A stretch of DNA of 64,000 nt, taken from assembly GCA_002811645.1 (NCBI GenBank), contig PDIP01000122.1:245962-309961 (forward strand). The letters run 5' to 3'. How positions within the stretch are numbered: the first letter of the stretch is position 1; every line of letters begins with the position of its first letter. Positions 19,210 to 32,100 of the stretch are shown one piece after another. This DNA is from Corallochytrium limacisporum Hawaii (Eukaryota > Protista > Pluriformea). A model generated the notes under the pieces. The model had not been told where the DNA came from. It searched no databases and saw only the letters and a list, made by a program, of their open reading frames with translations. Made by a program: the position numbers and the translations under genes.

Positions 19210-22200
19210 TGTAGCTTTGCTATATTGCACGGCCCTGCGCAATAAATTACGTGCACACACTTTCAATATTAAGATCGCTTGCAGTTCTGTGTAATGATTC
19301 GGTCAAATACGTAATCATCCAATGGACGAGACCCACTCTAACTTCGACATGAGACTCACCGTTGTTTCTCACCTCCCCCTACTCAACTGGTTCAGACGGT
19401 TCCCCCCCACTTCCCAAACCCTCTCCCCAACCCACCCAGAGTGCGCAGAAGGCCTGTGGCTCGTGGGGCCCGTGCGCAGTCGCGGTACATAGCCCGGTCC
19501 CCAGTCCCTTCGTGTCCCATACCAGACTTTGTGCCAACTGGCGTGAGGTTGCAGTCCTTTTTTTAACATAGTAGTGCCGGCGGGTCCGCTTCATGGGCCA
19601 TGGCACTGTACAAGGAAAGGTATGAACTTGATTCGTCACATGCCGTAGATGCCGGGCCCAAACATATGTGTAAGCCTAAAGACGGAGGCACTGTCGAACT
19701 TACGACAGACTTGTTTGGGCAGTCAAAGCTTGATGGCTTTGCTACCAATGAGGACAACTCCTCTATAAGGGTAGCATCACGCACACCTAAATGTACGCAA
19801 TAATAGATGTCACGGATACCAATTCGAACTAAAGAGATGAAACGAAATGAAAACAGAGCAACGAGTCTCCATATCGTCACTCCATATTGAAGTGTTGATT
19901 CGATGACAATGGGCTCTTGGGGTAAGCAGTTCACGCTTTAATCGTCTGACTATCAGCAGTGAACGTAGCGTCAACACAGCGTCAACACCAAATTGAGTAG
20001 TATGTGTTCCAGTATTTTCACGAAGCACCGTCCGCTTCAATGGGTTCGGGAGAACTGGGCCGCCACGAATTGTCTTGGGCACCATAGCAGAATCCGTGGT
20101 GACTTCGAGTGTGCCTTTGGTCTGGAACTACGTCGGGTACTCATCGTTGTGATTCACTTCTGCTTTGGAATTGGCCCTTGGCACATACGTCACCACATAC
20201 AAATGAAGGAACACCCTGAGCAACACCTGTTAGTGCCATACTCAGAGAGGACTAGTGCAGCCCTTCCTATACATCAGCATTGTACAAAGTCCATCGGCCA
20301 ACACTGCACAACTTACGAACGATTGCAACGTGCAATGACTTTTTTTTTTTAGTTCAAATGACAATGCAGGGTGCCGCCGTTCGGTTTGGCTGTTCATTAT
20401 ATGTGCAGGCGCAGGTTTTGATCGTGCCAACTCTTCAATTTCTTCACTTTGGAGTCTCCGGGGCTGCAGAATCTTCTAGAGGTCCTCCTCCCGCCCGGGG
20501 GAATCCAAGGCACCTCATTTTGCTCAGTCCCAAGGCTCCCAGCCAAAACGGGAGCATCACCTGCACACCAACAACCTTTAGCATCTGTTAGTCTCCATTG
20601 AGGACGGCTCCGATTGGCTTGACATCGCCATCGTGTGTCGCCTGCTGGCCTAGAAATTCTAAGCCCCAAGTGCCCACAATGCGATAACGAGGAGGAGGAG
20701 GAAGTGGAAGCCCACGCAATGCCTTCCCTGGAATTTCGACACTTCATTCCGATTCGTACAATCTTAGTACTAAACGTATATCAAATTCGGCATAATCGTG
20801 CTACTTATATGAGAAGAATACGATGAATTTAAAGATTCAGTATAGTCGAAGGGGCAGGTGGGTTTACCTTTGTAGGAAAACTTTGCGCAGAGCAATTCCT
20901 GCCCATTCGGGGTTCGTGCAGCCATGGCCTCAGGCCAAGGCAGCCAGGGTGCGGCAATACGCGTCTCTGTGTGTGTGTTTGTGCGCTCAGCAGTGACAAG
21001 ACAAAAGGCAGAGAGAGCGAGCAGGCGGGGCGCCCCGGGGGCTCCCACTCAACCGGACCGGGGACCCGTACGGTACAGTGGCCCAGTACTATAATAATGG
21101 AATGTACAGCCGCAAGAAACGGACAAAAAAAAAAGATGAAAAAGGAAGAAAAAAAAAGCAAAAGAGAACCGACTCTCCCCCCCAAAAAGTTCAGCCCTCG
21201 CGCGCCCCTCTCGCCTCCCTCCCCTCCTCTCCCCGCTCACGATTTCATCCTGAAAGGTTTGCGCAGAAAAATGTGGGCGAGTCAGCCATATTCCCCTCCG
21301 TGATCGAGGACGGTGGAGAATGCGACAGTGTTGTACACCAGGTAGAAAGGGGCGATAGAGGATTTTCTCCTGTTTCTATTTTCCTATTCAATGTACGGTG
21401 CCTGGTGCCGAAAGGAAAAGGATTCAGCGAGTGAGACGTCAGCGGGGCCCCGCCCGTATTGCTTCACCTGTTTGTTTGCTTAGGCGGGATACAAATAGAA
21501 CGAAGGCATCGCCAGCATGCGAAAATGCACCAGGGTTGGAGAAGGATAGCTCCTCTTACTGCGATGCTTGCGAGGCTCATCGTTACCTGTGTCTTTTGCA
21601 TGGAACGCTCACTCTGCTTTTGTCTGGTTTTGTCACTAATATGGACGCTTCGGTCCCATTTGTCTGCAATGGTTTGCGCAACGAAACATCAGAGTAGTCC
21701 GCAGCAATCGCCGATCTCACGAAGCAGCATTGATAGGAGTTACCAGTCCGGGTACGCAATCAAGCTATTGGATCCCATACATTTCAGTACTTCAAAATTC
21801 ATAATCAAACCAGTCGCGTGAAAAGAGGAGTCCGCTGACAAAGCCGTTATGGGTCTGCTCTCTCTCTCTCCCCTCCCCCCGCCCCCCGGCGGGCGCGCGT
21901 CCGTGTGCGTTTGGTGGTGAACTAGGTATGCTTTGAAACCTCTCTATTAATATCACAACACTTACGTACTTAGCCGAGAATTCATGGAGACGCGAACGAA
22001 TTTGATCTCGCTCTTACTATTGTTGGCAAGAGCATTGAAGCACAGTTCATATGAAAGACATGCTCTGCTTGTTCTGTGGAGAAGGACCAGAACATGCCGT
22101 CCTACTGTCGAGGTTAGTCCACGTTCCGGCTTCCGCTGGTACTGTAGCAATGGAATTGGTTCAACACAGTCTTCGAGGTCTTCTCGGAGATAATGATACT

Positions 22201-25200
22201 GGTCCAATATTGCGCAATGCATGCGGTTGTCCGATACAGAGCGAATTCTGGTTATTTGAGTATGGTAGCGCTCTTCAGTCATGGCGGACATGAAACATAC
22301 AAAGCAGACGCACCGGCGTGAGGTACGCATGTACATGGTACGAAGTAAACGCTCCTGGTTGCCATCGCGGATATGCCCCAGACGACAGAACACCCCTGAG
22401 GGCACTTCTGCAATGTTAATTGAAGAAAGATGTTTCTTAAGTGTTTGGACGCCCAAAGACGAGAAGCGGCAAAAGTGCGCAGAATCTGTCGGTTCGGAGG
22501 AGCGAGTGATCGACAGTGACCCCCAGATTCTGTCGTCACCGCGTTTTCTCACCGTTCTCACTCTGGCCCAAGGCCATTGCATCAAACAATCCAACTGCGT
22601 TCCACAAACACTTTCTGCGCATTCAAAGGGGGGGAGGGGGGGTTATTTACAAATGAAAGGTGTGTTCTTTAATGACTGGTCAAATTAGATATTTGTTCCA
22701 TTGTTCTTTGCTCCCATGAATTTTCGTTTATCTGCAAGGTGTGATTTTGTCACACAAGCCAGCCACCAATCATCGGATCTCTAATTGACCATATCACTTG
22801 GTACTTCCAAACTTCAGTGTCTGTGAGAAAGAGAAAGCTAACAGGAATAGTGGGGGTAACAAGGTTCTCATGGGTGTTTGTGTGCGCTCTAAGGAGACGC
22901 GTGCGCAGCGCTGCCCGCAAAAGACGAGATATAGTTCTATACTATACTCGAATGAAACTGATGGCATTGGGCGGGTGATCAAGATTCCGCGGCATCCATC
23001 ATTCTGCTGTTGGAGGGAGCACACGATATCCGCCCCCGCATACAGAGAATAAGGGGGGAGCTCCTCAACGTCACTGAAATCTTTGGATGGGCTCAAAATA
23101 GTAACAGCGAGTTTCTGATCGGGAAAGTACACATTTGCGCAACTAAGGTGTTTATCGCAACGCACGGCGTGACTTCTGGAACCAGTGTCCCGGCCATCCA
23201 TTGCTTGTTGTTGTTTTGAAATGCGATTTGGCACCCTCTTTTAGGGCAGTGAAAACAATCACTTGCGACAACTGATAGTGTTCAAAGGTAGTTGTGGAAT
23301 GGCTCGTCTTTGGGTTCATGGGTTCCTGTTCGTAGCGAGTTCGTTTCTGATGGTGGGTAGGTGGGCGTGTGGACTCCAGTGCGACCTTTCGTACCGCTCA
23401 AGACAGCATCCTCAAGATATCATCAAAGGACAAATGTACGGCGTCAGCGGGGATAGGAAAGAGCAGGAACATGACGGAAAGGCGGGACTTGTTTCCTCCT
23501 ACTCCGCGTAACAGAACCATGCCTTCAGAGATATGCGTAATAAAGCATTCAAAAACTTTCCTTAAACATCTCCAAACGTTCTTGATTACAAAGATTAGAT
23601 CGATCAACCGTCCCCGAAAGTACTTGGAACGTGCCTACTGCCACCATGGTTTCGGCGAAATGGCTACCACAGACTTTTAACGTACTGGAACACGCCGAAG
23701 AAACCCCTCGAGTGTACTCGCAAATCACAAACAGAGGTCCAAAGCTGAGAATGTACACGCGGCCTGATATTAAACAACCCACATCCTGCTTTTCCCTGTT
23801 CCGACAACAAGCGCCCGCCCCTCCCCTTGCGGCTTTTCCATTTCATACCCCCTTGCCAGCGTATTATAATTCTCCTACGCATAACCACTGCGCTTTGTCT
23901 GCCCCACATAATTTCTGCGCCACCTCTCGACAAGTGTCTGCGTGCTGGACCCAGTCCTCCGTGTTTTGCGTCCGTGAGGAATTGAAAACGCTTTAAGCCG
24001 GCAGCCTATCAATGTGTGCCATCAACAAGTGCACATCATGTTGTAGATCTATTGTGGCTGCTGTCGATGCAAGTCACAAGGTTTGCGATGTTGGGAAAAG
24101 TTAAGTCACCATGGGCATTCCTGTTACGGCGTGTTCTTTGCTCGGGGCCAGGAGTGGCTTTTCCCAGCTGTGTTTGCCACTGCCCTATTGCCGTTCGTCC
24201 AGTGCAGGAGGCCATGAGGACGATACAGATGCTCAAGAGCATAACCGCCAAGACAATAGACCAAGGTTTTAAAGGAAAAAGCACAGAGTGTGTTCTAGCA
24301 CATTGGCGCGGCCGCTGGCGTCCCCGCCACCCGCTCGGCTGCAGACTTGCGCCTTGCTTCCTCAATACTTTGGAGCAATTCAAAGGAAAGAATATGAACC
24401 AAATGAGCCGGAATGCGGCCATGAAAGCCTCTGAACGGTGACGATTTTTGTTAGATTGACTTACGAAGAGAGATACCAAGATGATGCTTAATCTCACAAG
24501 CTTCATCAACAATCACATTTACTTTGGCTTCTAAACGAGTCGGCCCTGTAGTGCGTAAAAAGGTGGACTCGTTTGGGTTCTGAAACAGAACGGCTCTTCC
24601 AGGGCTGCCGGCCACCGCACCCCGCCCATGCGATCCTTGGCGCAATTCCTGTCGCATTGAATCGCCAGCCGAGGGAAAAAAAATTGGGAAGACAAAGGGG
24701 GCGCCAGCTGAAGAAAAGAGAAAAACCGTAAAGCAAGAAAACCAACCTGCGAAACTTTGGCCCCCCGGCCCCCGGGGGGGGGGGGAACTGGCTGGGACGG
24801 ACGGACCGGACCATAACCAAAAGCGGCGAAGACAGGGAAAAGATGGGGGGCCCTTTGGGTCTCGCTAGCCTTTTGGTCTTTCTCCCTTAATCGGCAGACC
24901 GACAAAAAACTGCGCAAATATGGAGAAAATTGATTGGCTTGAAAGGAATAAGAAGAAAAATGAAAAGATAAGAAGAAAAAGAAGAAAAAGCTAGATAAAA
25001 AACAATGAGGAAGGACGCAGTGCCTATCAGCACCACTCCATCGCCGATGTATTTTTTTTATTACTCCAGTGTTTGGCAGTGTGCGCACATCGAATACATT
25101 CCAATTTCATTGCACACTGAGTGCGTGTCCCCGACGGGGAGAAGGGGGGGGGTGAAACACGGACCCCTTCTTTCATGTTGCTATCCTTCTGTAAAGAGAA

Positions 25201-26190
25201 TGATGAGGATGCACTTATGCTGTTGTTCTTTTTTGCTTCGACTCACAAAGACCAAGGCGGCATCATCTTTGTCTTCATTGCCATGGATGGGTTTTCTGTC
25301 GTTAATGCGCATACGCTTCAGAATGAATACGATTCCCTTGCCATTCGTGCGTCGTCATTCATCGGCTTAGGAACAATTGGGTGCGAAAGTGAGCACCGTT
25401 GTGGATGATGTTTGTGAACGATCTGTACAAAAGCAACAAAAAAGGGCGGAATGCACTTTTGTTTCGGGACTTGTTGATGACGGGCGACCATCGAAATGCC
25501 CGAAGCTTCTGACAAAGCATGCGAGAACTTCAAAGGATGTGCTCCACACTCTGGCGCCCTGCGCGGATCGGGCTCTGCTCCAATTAGGCCGTGTGCACAA
25601 GTCAGGGTGGAAACAATATTATCCAGGCCCCGCAGTGGGGGAGAGCCACCCAAGCAAAGTGGGAGATGAAGGGGGAAAGGGGGAAAAGAAGATCAGGAAG
25701 AAGAAGGGGGGGAAGAGCGAAGGGGCGGGAGGAGACGAGGGGAGGGGGGAAAGGGGGGGTTCGACACCGTCCAAGCGTGGATTGATGCAGGATTTGGGTA
25801 TCGTCTATCTGCGCACTTTTCATCTTGGTCTCTTTCCGGTGATTGTGACACATTTGCGTCAAATTCTTATGCTTCAGATACAGGCATGCATAGGCATTCG
25901 TACTTTGACGGTGTGCACAATCCTAGATTGATGATACTTTCGACGCTTTGCAATGAAGCACTGGTGCACTTACAGCTATTCAGAGATACTGTAATCTTAA
26001 AGTTCATAGTGAAAGATTTTAGGATGCAATAAGAAGTGTGCTTCTTCTTATCATATCACTTGCCCCACATCGGGTTTTCTTTAAAGAAAAACTATTCATA
26101 CGTTCGTTCTCTTGGATCTAAGCTAAAGAAGCCTGGTAAAGAAGTCAGATCGGACGTACTCCGCGAACAACAGTCCCTCGGAAACAAACC

Positions 26191-29100
26191 ATGAGGAGCA
26201 ACTCGTACGACGTGAGTAAGGTCGACGATACCTACAACGTCCGTCAAGCTGAGGACGACTCTGATGTCCTATACTATCAGCCCAAAACTGAGGCAAATGG
26301 CACCACTGGCCGTCGCGGTTTAATGGATCGCCTCCGCGGTTCCGAACCCGCTGAAAGCGATTCTTCTTTCGACCCCGGTGACCGGGCATTTGGCGACAGC
26401 CACTATGATTCCGTTGTGCGGGAACCTGAAACTGCTCACACCAACGGACAGACTGAGGAAAATGACACCTTGGGTGGTTCCTCTGGCCATGTCACTCCCA
26501 GAGCCATTGACGACACCTCCATGAACACCGGTGCCGAGGTCTCTCCCGACAAGGCAGTTGATGAGGAGGAGATGTACGATACATCCTCCAACATGTCTGT
26601 GGAATCTGAGATCCCCAAGACTCGCTGGGGTCGTACTAAGCGCTGGATGAGGAAGCATAAATTCTGGACCTTCATCATCATTAGTGCCCCAATCACTCTG
26701 GTCATTCTGCTAATTGTGTTCCTCGTCATCATTCCCGCCGTGGCTCAGGATGCCCTGAACGGAGCCGACCTCCAAATCACCCAAGTCGTTCTCACTAACC
26801 CCGATGCTGAAAACGGAACAATTGATGCCAGAGTAGTTGGTACAGTTTCCGGTGCCGGCTCCTTTGCTGCTAACACCAAGGCTGCCCCGCTTACCATTTA
26901 CAACGTGAGCAAGAAGAACCGCCGTGATGCGGACAATTCCTTGGCCCAATCTCACAACCCCGATGACATTATTGGTCAGATCACTTTGCCGCCTCTTGAG
27001 ATCCGTGGTGGCAGTGCTGGATTTAACGTGACTGCTCAACTGCAGATCCCCAATGGTGATGCCTTTAACACTGCTGCTAAGGAGATTGTGGAGATGGATG
27101 AAATCGAATGGGAGTTTTACGTTGAGAAACTTGACCTTGTGGCTGGCCTGGGCTCTCCAGTGCTGCACATCAACGGTTTGCACATGGACAAGATGGTGAA
27201 GATGGCTGGCATGGGTGGTCTGTCCAAGGTCAATATTGAAAAGTTTGACATGACACATTCCAACCAGACCAGTGTGAACTCCATGATTACTCTGTCCATC
27301 GACAACCCTTCCGTGTTTAGCATGGACCCCGTGGGGATTCTCGAGCTGGATATGTACTACGAAGGAAAATACCTTGGCACCGGAACGACTACTTCCACTA
27401 TCTCCATGGTGGAAGGCAAGAACACCATGGGAGTTTTCGCCCCCATCACACCCGAGGCCGGTAGCAACAAGCAGGTTGCAGAGCTGTTCTCCAAGTACGT
27501 CAGTGGTAAGTCTGCCACCGTCACCGCCAAAGCCAACCCCAAGAAACCCACCAACATTCCATTCTACGCTGGGGCCCTGGATGGGTACGAAGTGACCACC
27601 GTTCTGCACTCGAACATTGATGAGATTGTGGACAGCATTGACCTGCACACCATTGATCTCAACCCTAATGATGATAAGTCCTTCCACTTGACCTCAAATG
27701 CCCAAGCCGTGCTTGCTGAAATTCTGGGTCCGAATGCTTCAATGAACATCACGAAGCTGAGTTTCACCGAGCTAAACATGGTTGCGATGTCTGATGATGG
27801 CGATGACGACAAGATTATGGCCACCATTGTTGCCGATGATGTTCCCGCTAAACAGGTAAACAATACCACTATTGATATGCCCCTGAACAACGTACTTGCT
27901 ACTATAGAGGACAAGAAAGCCTTTGTTGAGTTCGCCAACGAGCTTGTCGCCTCTGAAAACTACAACGGTCTAGGTCTCAACGCTATTGGTGATTTCCTGG
28001 TCGAGCTTCCTATTGGCCAGTACAATCTCACGGGCATCAACTTCACAAAGCGGGTGCCCCTGAAGGGTCTGAACAACCTGGACAGCCTAAAGGTCACCAA
28101 AGTGGAGTTGCCTGGCGACGTTAAGGGTAAGGGTAAGGGTCTGCTGTCTGCCACATCCGCTACCCTGGACAACACCTCTCCAATGCAAATGGACATGAGG
28201 AAGGTTATCCTTGGTCTGAAGTACAACGATGTCATTATCGGCGAGATTGGACCTGGTGTGGATGTCCGCCTCAACGACGACGCAAAAAATCTTGTCATTG
28301 GCCGTGGTCAACAGTCATTGGCTCTGAATGGAGCCATTGTTCCGAAGAACAACGACGAGAAGACGCAGCAGGTATTCGGTGAGTTCTTCAGCAAGTACAT
28401 CAACAATGAAGCTCTCGAAGTAGAGGTTGTCGGCCTTGGTCTTGGTGGTAGCGAGACCGAACAAATTGATTGGCTCTCTGAAATTGTTCAGGGCATCTCC
28501 ACCAAGACTACTATTCAGGGCATTGTAGTCAATCTTATCCAGAACCTTACACTCACGGCAGTAGACCTGGACGTTCCTCCTGCCGACAGTAAGGCTGGCG
28601 CTTTACTTGGTGCTTCGCTGTTGGCTCGCTACCACAACCCGTTCGGCATTAGTCTCGGTGTGGCCGAGACTGCCTTCAAGTTGCAGGTTGCGAACTACGG
28701 AACTCTGACTTCCGACACTTTTAAGCCTGTAGACTCCGACACTGGCTCCGTCGTGGGTCTGTCCTTTGAAAAGGTTCCCCTGATGTTCGACGGTAAGACC
28801 GGTGAGGAAGCATTCACTGATTTTGTCATCAAGACCCTAAAGTCCTCCGAATCTACTCTGGAGACATCTGGCGATTTGGACATCATTGCTGTGATGAATC
28901 TGCCCTTCCGGGTGACTCTGACAGGCGTGAAGCTGGGCAACCAGTCTTCAAGCTTCGAGGGCTTCAACAATTTGCCCGGTACCGTTGTTTCCAACATCAA
29001 TTTGCCCCACGATACCAAAAACGGTATTGCTCTGACCTGTGATGCTACCATTTCCAATCCATCAATCGCCAGCGCGTCTTTGGGCGCCGTAAACTTTGAT

Positions 29101-32100
29101 ATCTTCTACAAGGATGTCAATGTCGGTACCGTTACCGCGAACACAAGCCTGAAGGCTAAAGGTAAGAGTACCTTGAGTCTGAATGGTGAGATGATCAAGG
29201 TGGCTGACGAGCACCTCCCACTTGTCAGTGAATTCATGTCTCGCTTCATTGCCGGTGATTTGATTGACACTCAGGTGAGAGGCGCCTCCACTGCAGTACG
29301 AAACGATGGCTGGGCAGGTAATGCCGTCCGCGCCCTGACCCTTGACACTACGCTCCCTGGACAGAAGCTCAGTATCATCCAGACTATGCAGATTGATGCC
29401 CTATCTCTTGACGTCGACCAGAACAAGGGCACCGCCCAAGCTGGTACCACTGGTGCCACAGCAACCTATAAGTTGCCTTACGGCTTCAGCACTGAAATTA
29501 ACCAGGTGAAACTAGATTGTGGTATCAACCCTCACTCCAGTAAGTCCCGCCGTGACGGTGGCAACCCAGACCCAGGTGCCTCTGCCGCGGCTGAAATCAT
29601 AAGCGGATGGGTCGACACCAAGGACAAAGATCACACTCTCAGCATCAGTGGTTTCCAGGGTGCCCTTGAAGTCCACAACTCTGATCAGTTTGCCAGTGTC
29701 GTCCACTCTCTGGTCTTCTCCGAGACCGCTGTATTCGACATGATTGGTACCACAGATGCCAAGGTCACCACCAACATCGGTCAACTGACCCTTACCGGTG
29801 TCTCTCTTGGCAACGCCGGCATGGGAATGAAACTCAAAGGTATGAACGGTCTGAAGGATGTAACGATTAACAGCCTTGACCTGCCCGGCCAGGATAAGGA
29901 CTCTATTCTGGTCGTCACCAATGCCACGATCATGAATCCATCAGAAACGTCTGTGAACCTCGGTCCGGTCAACTTTGAGATTCTGTACAAGGGAGTGAAA
30001 CTCGGCGAAGTTGTCTCTGAGAAAACCCAGCTTCTGCCGAATCAAAAGAATTCCATGTCACTGACAGGTCACATCAAGCCTGATCTGCCCGCTGACTTCG
30101 CTACCGTTTCCGAATTTTTCACCCGTTACACCCAGAACCTGAGCTCTCCCGCGACAGTGCGCGGTCTCGGTGGTGCAGGCCCTCATGTCCCCTCCTGGCT
30201 CGCCCCGACTGTTGCCCAGTTGTCTCTGAATGCCTCTGTGCCTGGTTACGGTTCCAAGCTCGACATTATCAAGGGCATCACCTTCGATGCTGTGAAGACC
30301 ATTGTGGCTGAGAACGGGGACACCTCGTTTGTTGTCCAAGGATCTGCCAAGTACGAGAATCCCTTCAAGTTCGACTTGGGTGTCGCTGAAATTCGTATGC
30401 ATGCAGGCATTGATGATGACATTGCCTCCATGGACATGGCTGATTTTGCCAAGACAACCTACAGCAAGCCCACCGAGATTGGTCTGGACATCACCACCCC
30501 AGTCAAGGTCAACAAGCTGCAACCCTGGATTGACTTGGTCTCCAACATTGTTCTTGGCACTGAATTCGATTTTGGTGTAAGTGGTACCACTGACGCAATG
30601 GTTGACCTTGTGATCGGTACCGTGCAGATCAACGGTCTAGCGCTGGACGTCCCGAAGATCACCCCGATAGCCGGTATGCACGGCTTTGCCGGTGAGCCCG
30701 TCATCATTGAGAACTTCAACATCCCCGGCGATGTGCCCAATGGCATTGGTTTGAACGTCGAAGCTTCTCTGGTGAACCCCAGTCCCGTTACCATGGAACT
30801 GCACTCTGCGACCTTTGATGTTTTGTACAATGATGCAACTGTGGGCCGTCTGACTTCCACTCCCATGATCATTAAGGGTGGTATTCCCAAGACCCGTCAA
30901 GACATGAACATGACTGGCTGGATCGCTCCCATTAGCGGTGACTCCGCACTGCCCGAAATCTCTGAATTCTTTAGTGAGTATGTCCAGGGTAATCCGGCCA
31001 TTCCAACCTCTGTTAAGGGCTACACCGCCTCCGGTGCTGGCAAGAACAATGAATGGATTGCTCCTGTGCTCCAAAAGGTCGTTCTGAAAACGTCTATGAA
31101 GGGTGATGCCAGCTTTAACCCCATCAAGGGGGTCACTACCACCAGCGTTGATGCCCACTTTGGCACTGGCCGTACCAACCCGACCATGTCAATGAAGGTT
31201 GACGTCGATTTCCAGAATCCCTTCCACTTTGACCTTGTCACTGAGCAGTACCAAATCAATGCGGATCTCAGCTACAATGGCAAGCAGTTCGGCAGCATTG
31301 CAGTGGACAAATTCACCAAGGTAGACTCTGCCACCACTACTGACATTAAGATGACCATCAGTAGCACTCTGAACGTCACCAGTCCGGAGGACAATATCGC
31401 CTTCACACGTTCCATCCTCGTTGCGAACAATACTGAAGTGTCAATGGTTGGCACTTTTGATGCTATTGCCAAGACTAGGATCGGTGTTCTCACCATTAAG
31501 GGAGTCAACATGCAGAAAGTCGGCACGAGCATCAAATCTATGGGTGGCCTGGGCATTGTTGAAGCCAAAAACATGTTGGTACAGACATCTGACAAGGTGG
31601 GCTTGGACTACACTGTGGACTCTCATTTCAGCAACCCATCTATCGTTAGCACCACTATTGAGGGGGACACTGTCATGAATGTTGGATTCCTTAATGGCAC
31701 TGTTGGTACCATCACTCTAACCGACTTCAACCTTCCCGTTGGTGACTCCATTTCTCTTTCCAAGGGCAAGGTGTGGCGCTCCGCTGGTGAGTCTGCAAAC
31801 GCCCTCTTCAGCCAGTACATCCTCGGCCCGAACATCCCTCTCGTATTGTCCGCTCCCGACGACGACAGTGGTAACTGGGTGCAGCAAGCTCTGCGGCCCC
31901 CTGCATCACTGCATGCCAGTCTGGACTCCATCAACCAAGAGTTGGTGCAAAAGACAAGCATCAAGTGGATTAAGCACCTAGCCATTAAGGACACTGAACT
32001 GGAGACCTACCTCACCTCGTACAACCCCCTCAACGTTCCGATCACTTTGAACTCTGCCACTGCAAATCTGAACTTCCACGACTCTTCCACTCAGATGGCT

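Noticed and set aside
25752-25772. GGTTCGAC tRNA T-loop-like / B-box-like sequence (a similar one is near 3110)
   Set aside because: No paired T-stem, acceptor stem or cloverleaf around it.
26710-27687. 325-aa antisense ORF and similar ones inside the DUF3712 gene
   Set aside because: Antisense shadows caused by strong codon bias on the sense strand.
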